A stretch of DNA of 64,000 bases from a bacterium. Lineage in GTDB: Bacteria > UBA8248. The stretch is taken from positions 1,408,001 to 1,472,000 of the forward strand of contig CBDBEV010000001.1 in NCBI GenBank assembly GCA_965204535.1, read 5' to 3'. This document shows positions 19,291 through 29,084 of the stretch, piece by piece. The notes under the pieces were generated by a model that did not search any database, had not been told where the DNA came from, and was given only the letters and a program-made list of their open reading frames with translations. The position numbers and the translations under genes are program-made. Each line of letters starts with the position of its first letter. The first letter of the stretch is position 1.

Positions 19291-21147
19291 ATGGCTGAGT
19301 CTTCAGGTAAAAACGGGGCTGAGAAGCAGCTTGTTGAACTCGAAACGGTGGCGATTCGCTTCGCCGGCGACTCCGGCGACGGGATGCAGCTCACCGGAGA
19401 CAGGTTCACGAACGCGGCGGCCATCGCCGGGAACGATCTGAGCACGTTCCCCGACTTTCCCGCCGAGATTCGCGCCCCGGTCGGGACGCTTGCCGGAGTC
19501 AGCGGGTTCCAGATCAACTTCTCGAGCAGGGACATCCATACGCCGGGCGACGCCGTGGACGTTCTCGTGGCGATGAACCCCGCCGCGCTCAAGACGAGCA
19601 TCGGTGATTTGAAGAGCGGGGGCATCATCATCGCGAACGTCGACAACTTCGGCCAGAAGAACCTGGCCAAGGCCGGCTATGAGTCCAACCCCCTCGAGGA
19701 TGAGGAGTTCAAGAGCAACTATGACATCCACGAGGTGAAGATCACCTCCATGACGCGCCAGGCCCTGGAAGACATGGAGCTTCAGTCCAACCTGGCGGAT
19801 CGGTGCAAGAACTTCTTCGCGCTGGGGCTCATGTACTGGATGTACTCGCGTCCGCTGGAGCCGACCAGGGAGTGGATCGAGGAGAAATTCGGGAAACGAC
19901 CCGAGTTCGTGCAGGCCAACACGCGCGCGCTCGAGGCGGGCTATTTCTTCGGCGAGAACACCGAGGTCTTCACCAGCAACTACATCGTGCGCGAGGCGAC
20001 CTATCCGGCCGGCAGATACAGGAACATCTCGGGCAACGTCGCCCTGGCCTACGGCTTCATCGCGGCGACGAAGAAGATGGGCATCAACCTCTTCTGGGGC
20101 GCATATCCGATTACGCCGGCCAGCGACGTTTTACACGAACTCTCCCGCCACAAGAATTTCGGCGTGCAGACCTTCCAGGCCGAAGATGAAATCGCGGCCG
20201 TATCCGCGGCGCTGGGCGCTTCGTTCACGGGCTCGCTCGGCGTCACTTGCTCCAGCGGCCCCGGCATCGCTCTCAAGGCCGAAGCCATGGGCCTCGGCGT
20301 GATGACGGAGCTTCCCATGGTCATCGCGAACATCCAGCGCGGCGGCCCGAGCACCGGCCTTCCCACGAAGACCGAGCAGGCCGACCTCCTCCAGGTGATG
20401 TTCGGGCGCAACAGCGAAAGCCCGCTGCCGGTCGTGGCGGCGGCCACGCCGGGGGATTGCTTCTGGACGGCGATAGAGGCGAGCCGCCTGGCGGTGAAAT
20501 ACATGACGCCCGTCGTGCTTCTGAGCGATGGCTATCTGGCCAACGGCTCCGAACCCTGGCTGCTGCCCAAGGCGGCGGATATTCCCGAGATGCCCGTGAC
20601 CTTCCGGACGGAGCCGGAAGGTTTTCTTCCCTACCTGCGCGACCCCGAAACGCTGGCGCGTCCGTGGGCGATCCCCGGAACGCCGGGGCTCGAGCACAGG
20701 ATCGGCGGCATCGAGAAGGAAGACCAGACCGGCAACGTCAACTACGAGCCCGAGAACCACGAGTTCATGGTGCGCACGCGCGACGCGAAGATCGCAGGCA
20801 TCGCGAAGGACATCCCGCCGGCGGAGGTCATCGGCGAGGCGAGCGGCAAGGTGCTCGTCATCGGCTGGGGCGGCACCTTCGGCGCCATCACGGCGGCGAT
20901 CGAGGCCTTGCAGGCCCGTGGCGCCTCCGTATCCCAGGTTCATCTGCGTCACCTCAACCCCTTCCCGGCGAACCTGGAAGAAGTGCTCGGCAATTTCGAA
21001 AAAATCCTCGTCCCCGAGTTGAACCTCGGGCAACTCTCCAAGATGCTCCGCTACCAGTATCTGGTCGACACGATCAGCTTCAACAAAATTCAGGGCAAGC
21101 CCTTCAAGGTCGGCGAACTGATTACCAAGATTGAGGAGTTACTCTAA
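19291..21147 (+). CDS. korA: 2-oxoacid:ferredoxin oxidoreductase alpha subunit
   Basis: RFAGDSGDGMQL, YPITPAS, QAEDEIA, QRGGPSTGLPT, PELNLGQL. Confidence 0.93.
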   Translation: MAESSGKNGAEKQLVELETVAIRFAGDSGDGMQLTGDRFTNAAAIAGNDLSTFPDFPAEIRAPVGTLAGVSGFQINFSSRDIHTPGDAVDVLVAMNPAALKTSIGDLKSGGIIIANVDNFGQKNLAKAGYESNPLEDEEFKSNYDIHEVKITSMTRQALEDMELQSNLADRCKNFFALGLMYWMYSRPLEPTREWIEEKFGKRPEFVQANTRALEAGYFFGENTEVFTSNYIVREATYPAGRYRNISGNVALAYGFIAATKKMGINLFWGAYPITPASDVLHELSRHKNFGVQTFQAEDEIAAVSAALGASFTGSLGVTCSSGPGIALKAEAMGLGVMTELPMVIANIQRGGPSTGLPTKTEQADLLQVMFGRNSESPLPVVAAATPGDCFWTAIEASRLAVKYMTPVVLLSDGYLANGSEPWLLPKAADIPEMPVTFRTEPEGFLPYLRDPETLARPWAIPGTPGLEHRIGGIEKEDQTGNVNYEPENHEFMVRTRDAKIAGIAKDIPPAEVIGEASGKVLVIGWGGTFGAITAAIEALQARGASVSQVHLRHLNPFPANLEEVLGNFEKILVPELNLGQLSKMLRYQYLVDTISFNKIQGKPFKVGELITKIEELL

Positions 21148-22170
21148 ATGTCAACGACGACAGCCAAGAATGGCGGGGGTTTGGGCCTCACCCGCAAGGA
21201 TTTTCAGTCCGACCAGGTCGTGCGCTGGTGCCCGGGTTGCGGCGACTACGCGATTCTGGCGCAGATGCAAAAAGTCTTGCCGACGCTCGAGATCCCGCGC
21301 GAGAAGTTCGTGTTCATCTCCGGCATCGGCTGCGCGGCGCGCTTTCCCTACTATATGGACACGTTCGGTTTCCACACCATTCACGGACGCGCGCCTGCGT
21401 TCGCCACCGGCGTGAAGGTGAGCAACCCGGACCTTTCCGTCTGGGTCATCAGCGGCGACGGCGACGCGCTGTCCATCGGCGGAAACCACCTGATCCACTC
21501 CATGCGCCGCAACGTGGGCGTGAAGATCATTCTCTTCAACAACCGCGTGTACGGATTGACCAAGGGCCAGTATTCGCCGACCTCGCTTCTGGGCTCGCGC
21601 ACGAAGTCCACGCCCATCGGCTCGGTGGACTATCCGCTCCACCCGCTGACGCTGGCCCTGGGGGCGGAATGCAGTTTCGTCGCCCGCACGACGGACAGGG
21701 ATCAGAAGCACATGGCCGCGATGTTCGAGGAGATGGCGAACCACGAGGGAACGTCGCTGCTCGAGGTGCTGCAGAACTGCATCGTGTTCAACGACGGCGC
21801 GTGGCACAAGTTCACCGAGAAAGGCATGAAAGAGCAGAACGTGATTTATCTCGAAGACGGCCAGCCCCTCGTCTACGGCCCGGAGGATGAGCGCAAGGGC
21901 ATTTCCCTCGAGGATTACAAGGTCCGCATCGTCGAGGCCGATTCTCCCGACGTCACCGTCCACCGCGTGGACGACGAGGCGGGCGGCTACGCGCATATCC
22001 TGAGCCGGGTCGAACTCGAAGGCGGCCCCGTGCCCCTGGGCGTCCTGCGAAAGGTGGAGCGGCCGCCGTTCGAGGGATTGATGGTGGATCAAGTCGCCGC
22101 GGCCCAGGCGAAAGGCGAGGGCGATATCGACACGCTCTTGAATTCGGGAGATACCTGGGAGCACAGCTAG
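21148..22170 (+). CDS. korB: 2-oxoacid:ferredoxin oxidoreductase beta subunit
   Basis: WCPGCGD, SGIGC, TPP-binding GDGD..NN, YGLTKGQYSPT. Confidence 0.93.
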   Translation: MSTTTAKNGGGLGLTRKDFQSDQVVRWCPGCGDYAILAQMQKVLPTLEIPREKFVFISGIGCAARFPYYMDTFGFHTIHGRAPAFATGVKVSNPDLSVWVISGDGDALSIGGNHLIHSMRRNVGVKIILFNNRVYGLTKGQYSPTSLLGSRTKSTPIGSVDYPLHPLTLALGAECSFVARTTDRDQKHMAAMFEEMANHEGTSLLEVLQNCIVFNDGAWHKFTEKGMKEQNVIYLEDGQPLVYGPEDERKGISLEDYKVRIVEADSPDVTVHRVDDEAGGYAHILSRVELEGGPVPLGVLRKVERPPFEGLMVDQVAAAQAKGEGDIDTLLNSGDTWEHS

Positions 22171-22184
22171 TATTCGTCGCCTCC

Positions 22185-22216
22185 AAGGGCCGCCGGTTTC
22201 CGTTCCGGCGGCCTTT
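22185..22216 (+). terminator. Hairpin terminator after korB
   Basis: GGCCGCCGG / CCGGCGGCC stem followed by TTTCT. Confidence 0.6.
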
Positions 22217-22242
22217 CTCGCGCCTCCGGGCGTCCGGAAACC

Positions 22243-23112
22243 ATGTCCAAAACCTTCACCCTCATGCTGGTTCATGCGCACCCCGACGATGAGTGCAGCA
22301 GCACGGGCGGCCTGATTCTCAGGAGCGCGCGCGAGGGCCACCGCGTCATACTCATCACCTGCACCAACGGCGAGATGGGCAAGATGGAGCATCTCGGCGA
22401 AAACCTCGACCCCGATTCCGAGACGGACCAGGACAGACTCGGGGAGATCAGGCTCGAAGAACTCGAACGGGCGGCGCGGGTATTAGGGGTTTCTGAAGTT
22501 CACGCCCTGGGCTATCGCGATTCGGGCATGGACGGCTGGGAGGGCAACGGGCATCCCCGGGCGTTCAAGAACGCCGATGAGGAAGAAGTCGTCGGCAGAT
22601 TAGCGGGCTACATACGCCGCTATCGCCCCGACGTGGTCGTCACCTACAACGAGCAGGGCGGATACGGCCACCCCGATCACTTGATGGCCAACAAGGTCAC
22701 CACCGAGGCGTTGGAGGCGGCCGCGGACCCCGCCAGATTCCCCGAAGAAGGACGAGAGTCCTGGCGTGTGCCCAAGTTCTACCACACCGCCTGGTCGCGC
22801 ACGAAGATGCTGCGCGCCTGGCGCTGGATGAAGTTGTTCGGGCAGAAAACGCCGCTCGACGATCCCGATTTCCGGGAAGACAAGTACGGGACGCCTGATG
22901 AGTTCATCACCACCCGCGTGAACATCCGCAGGTACCTTCGCCGCAAATGGCGCGCCCTCACCGCGCACAAGAGCCAGATCAACGGGAATTTCTTCTGGTG
23001 GTTCGTCCGCATGACGGGGCGGTGGCTCTACAACGAGGAGACCTTCGTTTGCGCCCAATCGCAAGTAAAGGTTCGAGAGGGCGAAAGATCGGTGTTCGAG
23101 GGCCTGTCCTGA
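22243..23112 (+). CDS. PIG-L/LmbE family deacetylase (Mca/MshB-like)
   Basis: VHAHPDDE, CTNGEMG, GYRDSGM, GGYGHPDH, AHKSQ. Confidence 0.9.
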   Translation: MSKTFTLMLVHAHPDDECSSTGGLILRSAREGHRVILITCTNGEMGKMEHLGENLDPDSETDQDRLGEIRLEELERAARVLGVSEVHALGYRDSGMDGWEGNGHPRAFKNADEEEVVGRLAGYIRRYRPDVVVTYNEQGGYGHPDHLMANKVTTEALEAAADPARFPEEGRESWRVPKFYHTAWSRTKMLRAWRWMKLFGQKTPLDDPDFREDKYGTPDEFITTRVNIRRYLRRKWRALTAHKSQINGNFFWWFVRMTGRWLYNEETFVCAQSQVKVREGERSVFEGLS

Positions 23113-23385
23113 GCCGCCTGGAGGTTGTTGAAACAGTCCCGGAACTCTGGATTTGTCGTATGTAACCGACCTACGAGAGAGAAAAATCACTCCCCCTTTG
23201 AGGGGCATGGCCAAGGAAGAAGGAAGTAAATTCACTCCCCCCTTGAGGGGGAGTCGATGAAGCCGAGCGGTTTATGCGAAGGCTGAATCGGTGGGGGGTA
23301 AAATGCGTTTTATCGCCATTCCGAATCATACCCCCCACCGATTCGGTTTCGGGTTTACACCCTCACCTCATCGACTCCCCCTCAA

Positions 23386-24901
23386 GGGGCTGTTGAAAAA
23401 CCCCTGGTTTTGTGATCGTATGGATGTATTCCCCCTCGCCCGAGATGGGAGTTCCGGAGATGTTGGACCGCAAGAGGCGCGAGCAGATGGACTTGTTCGT
23501 GGCCGGCCCGCTGGAGAAGTTGATTCCCGAAGATCACATATTGCGCCAGGTGGACCGCGTACTGGATTTGAGTTGGCTTCGCGAGGAAGTGGCGGAGTGC
23601 TATTGCGCGGACAACGGTCGACCGGGGATCGACCCGGAAGTGGTGATCCGGTTGATGCTGGCGGGCCTGCTGCTGGGCTACGCGGAGGATCGCCGCCTGC
23701 TGCGCGAGGCGCAGGCGCATCTGGCGGTCCGGTGGTTCATCGGGTACAGGCTGGACGAGGATTTGCCGGATCATTCGAGCCTGACGCGTATCCGTCAACG
23801 CTGGGGGGAGGAGCGGTTCAAGGAGATATTTCGGCGCACGGTTCAGTCTTGCGTGGAGGCGAAGGTGGCGAAGGGAGAAGTGGTTCACATGGACGCGTCT
23901 TTGATACGCGCGGACGTGAGCTGGGAGAGTCTGGCGGAGCGCCACGCGGAGAAGGTGGTGCGGGAGAACGACTCGGAGGATGAGACGGGGAAGAAGGGCG
24001 GCGGCGGGGGTTCGGGTCCGGTGAGCCGAACGGACCCCGACGCGCGCCTGGCGCGCAAGAGCGCTCGGGCGGGGTTCGAGCCGAGCTATAAGCACCACGC
24101 GGTGGTGGACGACGAGCGTGGGGTGGTTCTCGACGTAGAGGTGACGGAGGGGACGTTGAACGAGCGGGAGATGATGGAGCCGCAGTTGGATGCGGTTTGC
24201 GAGCTCACGGGTCGCGCGCCCGCGGTGGTGACGGCGGATAGTGGTTATGCGTATTCGAAGGTGTACGGCGCATTGGAGCGTCGGGGGGTCGCCGCGCTGA
24301 TACCGGCGAAGAAGGAACCCACCCAGAGCCGGGTGCCGTTGCAACTGTTCCGCTACGACGAGCGGAATGAGGTGGTGAAGTGTCCGGGGGGCAAGACGCT
24401 GCGCCCCCGGAAGGAGACGGAGCGGGGGCGCTGGTATGTATCGAGGACCCGCGATTGCGCGGGTTGCGCGCTCAAGGCCGATTGTCTGTCGGCGTCTCGC
24501 ACGAGCAGGGCGGTTCTGATTCCGCACGAGTATCCGGCGCTGTTGCGCGCGCGCCGTCGCCACGCGCGCCGGGGGGAGGAGGAGGGCCGGCTGTGGCGCC
24601 GCCACATGTCGCGTTCGGAGGGCTATCACGGCGAGGCGAAGAGTCGGCACGGACTGGCGCGGGCGGTACGCCGGGGTCTTGCGAACGTGAAGATCCAGGC
24701 CTACCTGACGGCGACTGCGGTGAACCTCAAGCGGCTCGCCGCCGCTGTGGCCGCGGGTTTATTCGCTCTGTGGCGGGCCTGGGCCGCCCGGAAACGCCGA
24801 ATGAGCGCATATCGCGGCCTCACGCGCCGATTGGGCTTCCTCTCCCAGGCCGCGTGAGCCGCCATACATCCCGCTTCAAAACGAGGTTTTTCAACAGCCC
24901 C
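23386..24901 (+). mobile_element. IS1182-family insertion sequence, copy 2 (1516 bp)
   Basis: TIRs GGGGCTGTTGAAAAACCCC / GAGGTTTTTCAACAGCCCC; 5-bp TSD CTCAA at 23381-23385 and 24902-24906; interrupts family-A REP 23231-24918. Confidence 0.94.
23460..24857 (+). CDS. IS1182-family DDE transposase (copy 2)
   Basis: Colinear close paralogue of 80-1474 with one extra Gly. Confidence 0.93.
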   Translation: MLDRKRREQMDLFVAGPLEKLIPEDHILRQVDRVLDLSWLREEVAECYCADNGRPGIDPEVVIRLMLAGLLLGYAEDRRLLREAQAHLAVRWFIGYRLDEDLPDHSSLTRIRQRWGEERFKEIFRRTVQSCVEAKVAKGEVVHMDASLIRADVSWESLAERHAEKVVRENDSEDETGKKGGGGGSGPVSRTDPDARLARKSARAGFEPSYKHHAVVDDERGVVLDVEVTEGTLNEREMMEPQLDAVCELTGRAPAVVTADSGYAYSKVYGALERRGVAALIPAKKEPTQSRVPLQLFRYDERNEVVKCPGGKTLRPRKETERGRWYVSRTRDCAGCALKADCLSASRTSRAVLIPHEYPALLRARRRHARRGEEEGRLWRRHMSRSEGYHGEAKSRHGLARAVRRGLANVKIQAYLTATAVNLKRLAAAVAAGLFALWRAWAARKRRMSAYRGLTRRLGFLSQAA

Positions 24902-25076
24902 CTCAAGGGGGGAGTGAATGGCAATCTCAAGGGAAGAGTGAATCCCGACCTTCTGGATTATTCACCGTAGGGACAGGTCGCGACCTCGGACAGGCCCCTG
25001 TGCCTGTCCGTTACAGATGCGATGCGGTTTTGATCGTCATGACGGCGGTGGTCAATTCCGAGCAGGGAGGGCTTTT

Positions 25077-25475
25077 TCAACAATCCCCGCCGGAAAGGGG
25101 CTTGCTGACTTCGATCAAGAACCCGTTCGGGTCCTTCAGCATGAACATGCGCACGCCCCAGGGGGCGTCGAGTGGCGGGAAAACGGTTTCCGCGCCTTTT
25201 TCCACGAGGACATCATAGGCGCGGTCCACGTCCTCGGGCGAGAGCGTGACGACGACGCCCGAGCCCCTGGGTTCCCGGAGAGGTTCGAGATTCCACTTGC
25301 GCATCTCCTCATCCGGAATCGGCGCGTGGATGACGAGCGAGGTTCCTCCCACGTCATATCGCACGTGTTGTTTCTCCCGGCTCGCTTCTTTCAGTCCCAG
25401 CGTTTCGGTATAAAAACGACACGACGCCTCGTAGTCTTTGGTGATGAGAAAAACGGCGGGCAGCGATTCGAACAA
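25077..25475 (-). CDS. VOC/glyoxalase family protein
   Basis: FYTETLGL, DVDRAY, PWGVRMFMLKDPNGFLIE; stop lies inside a MITE TIR. Confidence 0.88.
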   Translation of the reverse strand: MFESLPAVFLITKDYEASCRFYTETLGLKEASREKQHVRYDVGGTSLVIHAPIPDEEMRKWNLEPLREPRGSGVVVTLSPEDVDRAYDVLVEKGAETVFPPLDAPWGVRMFMLKDPNGFLIEVSKPLSGGDC

Positions 25476-25519
25476 TTCAGACTCCTTGCAGTTCTTATGC
25501 GCTCGTTTGGAGAAAAGGA

Positions 25520-26203
25520 ATGCCCCATCCCCTGGTCGAGCTGAAAGAAGTATCCAAAACCTACGTTGCGGGCGACGTGCTCATCCACGCGCTCAAAGAC
25601 GTGAACTTCCGGGCGGAACAGGGCGAGTTTATCACGGTTTCGGGCCCGAGCGGCTCGGGCAAGAGCACGTTTCTGCACCTGATGGGCGCGGTCGATGCGC
25701 CCTCGAGCGGCGAGGTGTTTCTGGGCGGACGCGAAATATCGCGCCTGAGTGATGAGGGCCTGAGCGAAATTCGCCGCAAAGAGGTGGGCTTCATCCATCA
25801 GTTCTTTCACCTCATGCCGACGATGACGGCTTATGAAAACGTCGCCCTGCCGCTCCTGCTTCAGGGCCGGAAGCGCGCCGAGATCAAGGAGATGGCCGAA
25901 AACGCCCTGGCGCGCGTGGGGCTTGAGAACCGGATGCGGAGCTTCCCGAGGCAACTCTCGGGCGGCGAGATGCAGCGCGTGGCCGTTGCGCGCGCCGTCA
26001 TCCACAAACCCCGTCTCATCCTCGCCGATGAGCCGACGGGAAACCTCGATTCCGAAAACTCGCAAAATGTCCTGGAACTCGTCGCAGAACTCCACAAAGA
26101 AGATGGTTTTACGGTCGTCATGGCGACGCACGACCAGATGCCCATACGCTACGCCACCCGAAAAGTCGGTATCACCGATGGCCGTCTGGAGGAGGGTTGT
26201 TGA
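25520..26203 (+). CDS. ABC transporter ATP-binding protein (LolD/MacB-like)
   Basis: [34 protein letters not shown]. Confidence 0.95.
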   Translation: MPHPLVELKEVSKTYVAGDVLIHALKDVNFRAEQGEFITVSGPSGSGKSTFLHLMGAVDAPSSGEVFLGGREISRLSDEGLSEIRRKEVGFIHQFFHLMPTMTAYENVALPLLLQGRKRAEIKEMAENALARVGLENRMRSFPRQLSGGEMQRVAVARAVIHKPRLILADEPTGNLDSENSQNVLELVAELHKEDGFTVVMATHDQMPIRYATRKVGITDGRLEEGC

Positions 26204-26474
26204 AAAAGACCTGGCTTCGTGATTCGGTGTATGTAATCGACCGGGGAGGGAATATGTACCCACCCGCGTTTGGTGGCGTAGGGGCGGCCCCCCGTGGCCG
26301 CCCGTATCGAAGATGTCTACCCTCGTGGTTGTCCTGCATCAGGACAGGCACGGGGGCCTGTCCCTGCGGTGTACAATTCGATGATCGGGATGCCCTCCCC
26401 AAAAGGGGTTGTTGCCTTTCCAATCGAGAGTGTTCACCGTCATTCCGGGCGAGAAGGGGTTTTTCAACAACCCC
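26193..26474. mobile_element. IS1182-derived MITE (282 bp) with REP-doublet cargo
   Basis: AGGGTTGTTGAAAAA / TTTTTCAACAACCCC ends; exact 5-bp TSD GGAGG (26188-26192, 26475-26479). Confidence 0.9.
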
Positions 26475-26489
26475 GGAGGCGGCGGGCTG

Positions 26490-29084
26490 ATGAGCCTCAC
26501 CTGTTCCCTCTTGCGTCTTCTCGCCTGGCGGCGCCTCAAGGAAGAGCCGTTTCGCCTGTTGCTCACTTTAGTAGGGGTGGCCCTGGGCGTCGCCGTGTTC
26601 ATCGCCGTCAAGATGGCGAACGAGACTTCCATCCGGGCATTCGAGAATAGTTTGGTCGCCATCTCGGGCAAGACGCAACTGGAAGTCTCCGCGGGCGGTC
26701 TGGGCGTGGATGAAAATCTCATCTTGAGGCTCCGGGCGATGCGGGAGGTGAAAAGGGCGGCGCCTGTCATTCAGCACCACGTCTGGATAAGAAAGGCGGA
26801 TGGCTCAGGGGCCAAATGGCGGCGCGGCGCCCCTTCGCAAGGACGCGCCGTCCTGGCCCTGGGCCTCGATTTGCTGGGGGACAACGATTTCAGGGGCTAT
26901 GAGTTCGAAAATAAGTATTCGCGCGAGGAAATTCTCTCGCGCATCGCCGACCCGCAGGGTCTGTTCATCGCCCGGGGGGTGGCGGATGCGCTGGGCGTCG
27001 GGCGGGGCGATTTCATCGAGGTCGAAGCCGCGCGAAGAATGCGCTTTCGCGTCCAGGGCGTCCTGAAGCCGGAAGGCATGGCGAAATCGATGGACGGCCG
27101 TCTCCTCGTCATGGACATCGGCGTCGCGCAAGAGGTGTTCGAGCGTTTCGGCCGTCTGGACAGGATCGATCTGATTCTCGAAGGTGAAGGCGAAATCGAA
27201 TCGATCCGCGAAAAAATCCGGCGCATTCTACCGCCCGGCGTAGTGGTTGATCGGCCCGCGCGGCGCGGACGCGACGTGGAGAAAATGCTGGCGTCGTTCC
27301 AACTCAATCTCACCGTGCTGAGCGTCATCGCGCTGCTGGTGGGTTGTTTTCTGATCTACAACACGATGTCGGCCTCGGTCTTGCGGCGAAGAGGCGAAAT
27401 CGCCACCCTGCGCTCACTCGGCATGACGGCGAGAGGAATCGTCTTCCTCTACGGGGCGGAGGCGCTTTGCATCGGTCTGGCGGGTTCAGGTCTTGGCGTT
27501 GCGACGGGGGCCTTCATGGCCCAGGGCGCGCTATCGTTCATCTCCCAGACGATCAGGAACCTCTACGCATTTCTGGAGGTGCGGCACGTTTTCTTCGGAG
27601 CGGCGGAGCTTCTTTGGGGATTCGGCGTAGGACTGGCCGTCGCTCTCGTATCGGGTCTTTTCCCGGCGATCGCGGCCTCGCGCCAGAGTCCCCACCAGGG
27701 CATTGTGGAGAGGCGGGGAATCGTGGAGGTGCGTCCCAAAGTTATTGCCGTTTTGATTGCAGGCGCCTTGATCACCGCTCTCTTCGCCTACTGGCTGAAT
27801 CTCCAGGCACTGGCGGGGGGAACCCCCTTACCCGGCTATCTCTCGGCGGCGGCGGTCATCCTGGCCGCCGCGCTCGCGAGTCTGCCGGTCGTCTTGTTTG
27901 GTTCGATCATCATCCGGCGGGTGCTGGGCGGCGTCTTGAAAGCCTGGCTCGCCGCGCACGGTCTGGGCAGGCATCCGCATCGAAACGCGGTCACGCTCTC
28001 CTCACTGGCCATCGCCGTGGCCATGCTGGTGAGCCTCATCATCATGATCGAGAGTTTCCGCGCCACGGTGGAAATCTGGACGCATCAGACGCTGAGAGCC
28101 GACTTCTACGCCGCGCCCGCATCGCGCTTCATCAAGGGTTCGAAGGCGAGCATTTCAGAAGACGCGATCCAGGCCATCGGCGGCGTTTCAGGCGTCGCGG
28201 CGGTCGGTGGCTTCCGGGCCGTTCGCCTGCCCTGGCGCGGGGAGCGCATCACGCTTGCGGGCGGTGATTTTCGCATTGAGGCCGAAAGGGGCAGGCGGTT
28301 GTTCCTGGAGGGCGACTCGAAAGAAACGATCACGAGGGCGAGGACGCGCGGCGAGGCGATAATCACCGAGACGTTCTCGAACTTCTACGGTGTCAAGAAA
28401 GGAGACCTCCTGCGCCTCCCTGCTCCGGGGGGCGAGGTCGCGGTGCGCATTGCGGGCGTGTATTACGATTACACTACGGACGGCGGGTTCGTCGTAGTGG
28501 ATCGCGAATTCCTGAAAAGACACTGGGGGGATGATCGCTTAAGCGCCCTGGCGATATATCTCACGGAAAACGCGCGACCCGACGCGGTGCGTAAATCGCT
28601 CGAAGAAGTTCTTGATCCCACCATGGTGCTCATCTCCAACAGGGGTCTCAAAAAGCGCGTATCGAACATCTTCGATCAGACGTTCGCCATCACCTATGCG
28701 CTGGAGTTCATCGCCGTTCTGGTGGCCCTGCTCGGCGTGGCCACGGGGCTGAGTTCGAACATACTGGAGCGCGTTCACGAAATCGGCGCGCTGCGCGCCA
28801 TGGGTTTGAACCGCAAGGGAATCATCAGCGCCATCATGGGGGAGGCGGTCATTCTGGGCGTACTCTCGGTTTTGGTCGGCCTTGCGGCGGGCGTGTGTCT
28901 GGCGGCCATCCTGATCTTCGTCGTCAACAAGCTCAGTTTCGGCTGGACGATCCAGTATATCTTCGCCTGGAAGGCGATGGCGGCTTATCTTCTCGTCGTG
29001 GTTCTCGCCTCGCTGGCGGCGAGTTGGCTTCCCGCGAGGGCAGCGGCGGGCATCCCCATTCGGGAGGCGTTGAGCGAGGAATGA
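26490..29084 (+). CDS. FtsX/MacB-type ABC permease (duplicated, AttF/G-like)
   Basis: LTLVGVALGVAV, two periplasmic domains, RRGEIATLRSLG and ERVHEIGALRAMG, SFGWTI. Confidence 0.9.
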   Translation: MSLTCSLLRLLAWRRLKEEPFRLLLTLVGVALGVAVFIAVKMANETSIRAFENSLVAISGKTQLEVSAGGLGVDENLILRLRAMREVKRAAPVIQHHVWIRKADGSGAKWRRGAPSQGRAVLALGLDLLGDNDFRGYEFENKYSREEILSRIADPQGLFIARGVADALGVGRGDFIEVEAARRMRFRVQGVLKPEGMAKSMDGRLLVMDIGVAQEVFERFGRLDRIDLILEGEGEIESIREKIRRILPPGVVVDRPARRGRDVEKMLASFQLNLTVLSVIALLVGCFLIYNTMSASVLRRRGEIATLRSLGMTARGIVFLYGAEALCIGLAGSGLGVATGAFMAQGALSFISQTIRNLYAFLEVRHVFFGAAELLWGFGVGLAVALVSGLFPAIAASRQSPHQGIVERRGIVEVRPKVIAVLIAGALITALFAYWLNLQALAGGTPLPGYLSAAAVILAAALASLPVVLFGSIIIRRVLGGVLKAWLAAHGLGRHPHRNAVTLSSLAIAVAMLVSLIIMIESFRATVEIWTHQTLRADFYAAPASRFIKGSKASISEDAIQAIGGVSGVAAVGGFRAVRLPWRGERITLAGGDFRIEAERGRRLFLEGDSKETITRARTRGEAIITETFSNFYGVKKGDLLRLPAPGGEVAVRIAGVYYDYTTDGGFVVVDREFLKRHWGDDRLSALAIYLTENARPDAVRKSLEEVLDPTMVLISNRGLKKRVSNIFDQTFAITYALEFIAVLVALLGVATGLSSNILERVHEIGALRAMGLNRKGIISAIMGEAVILGVLSVLVGLAAGVCLAAILIFVVNKLSFGWTIQYIFAWKAMAAYLLVVVLASLAASWLPARAAAGIPIREALSEE

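Larger units (their letters stand above)
23121..25087. mobile_element. Putative outer MITE enclosing a family-A REP and IS copy 2
   Basis: Left end GAGGTTGTTGAAACAG.. (about 75 bp closely matching the reverse complement of 48132-48207); right end CTTTTTCAACAATCCC; TSD not clean. Confidence 0.55.

Noticed and set aside
26409-26489. Upstream extension of the permease ORF
   Set aside because: Runs through MITE sequence; the reconstructed TGATG overlap fixes the start at 26490
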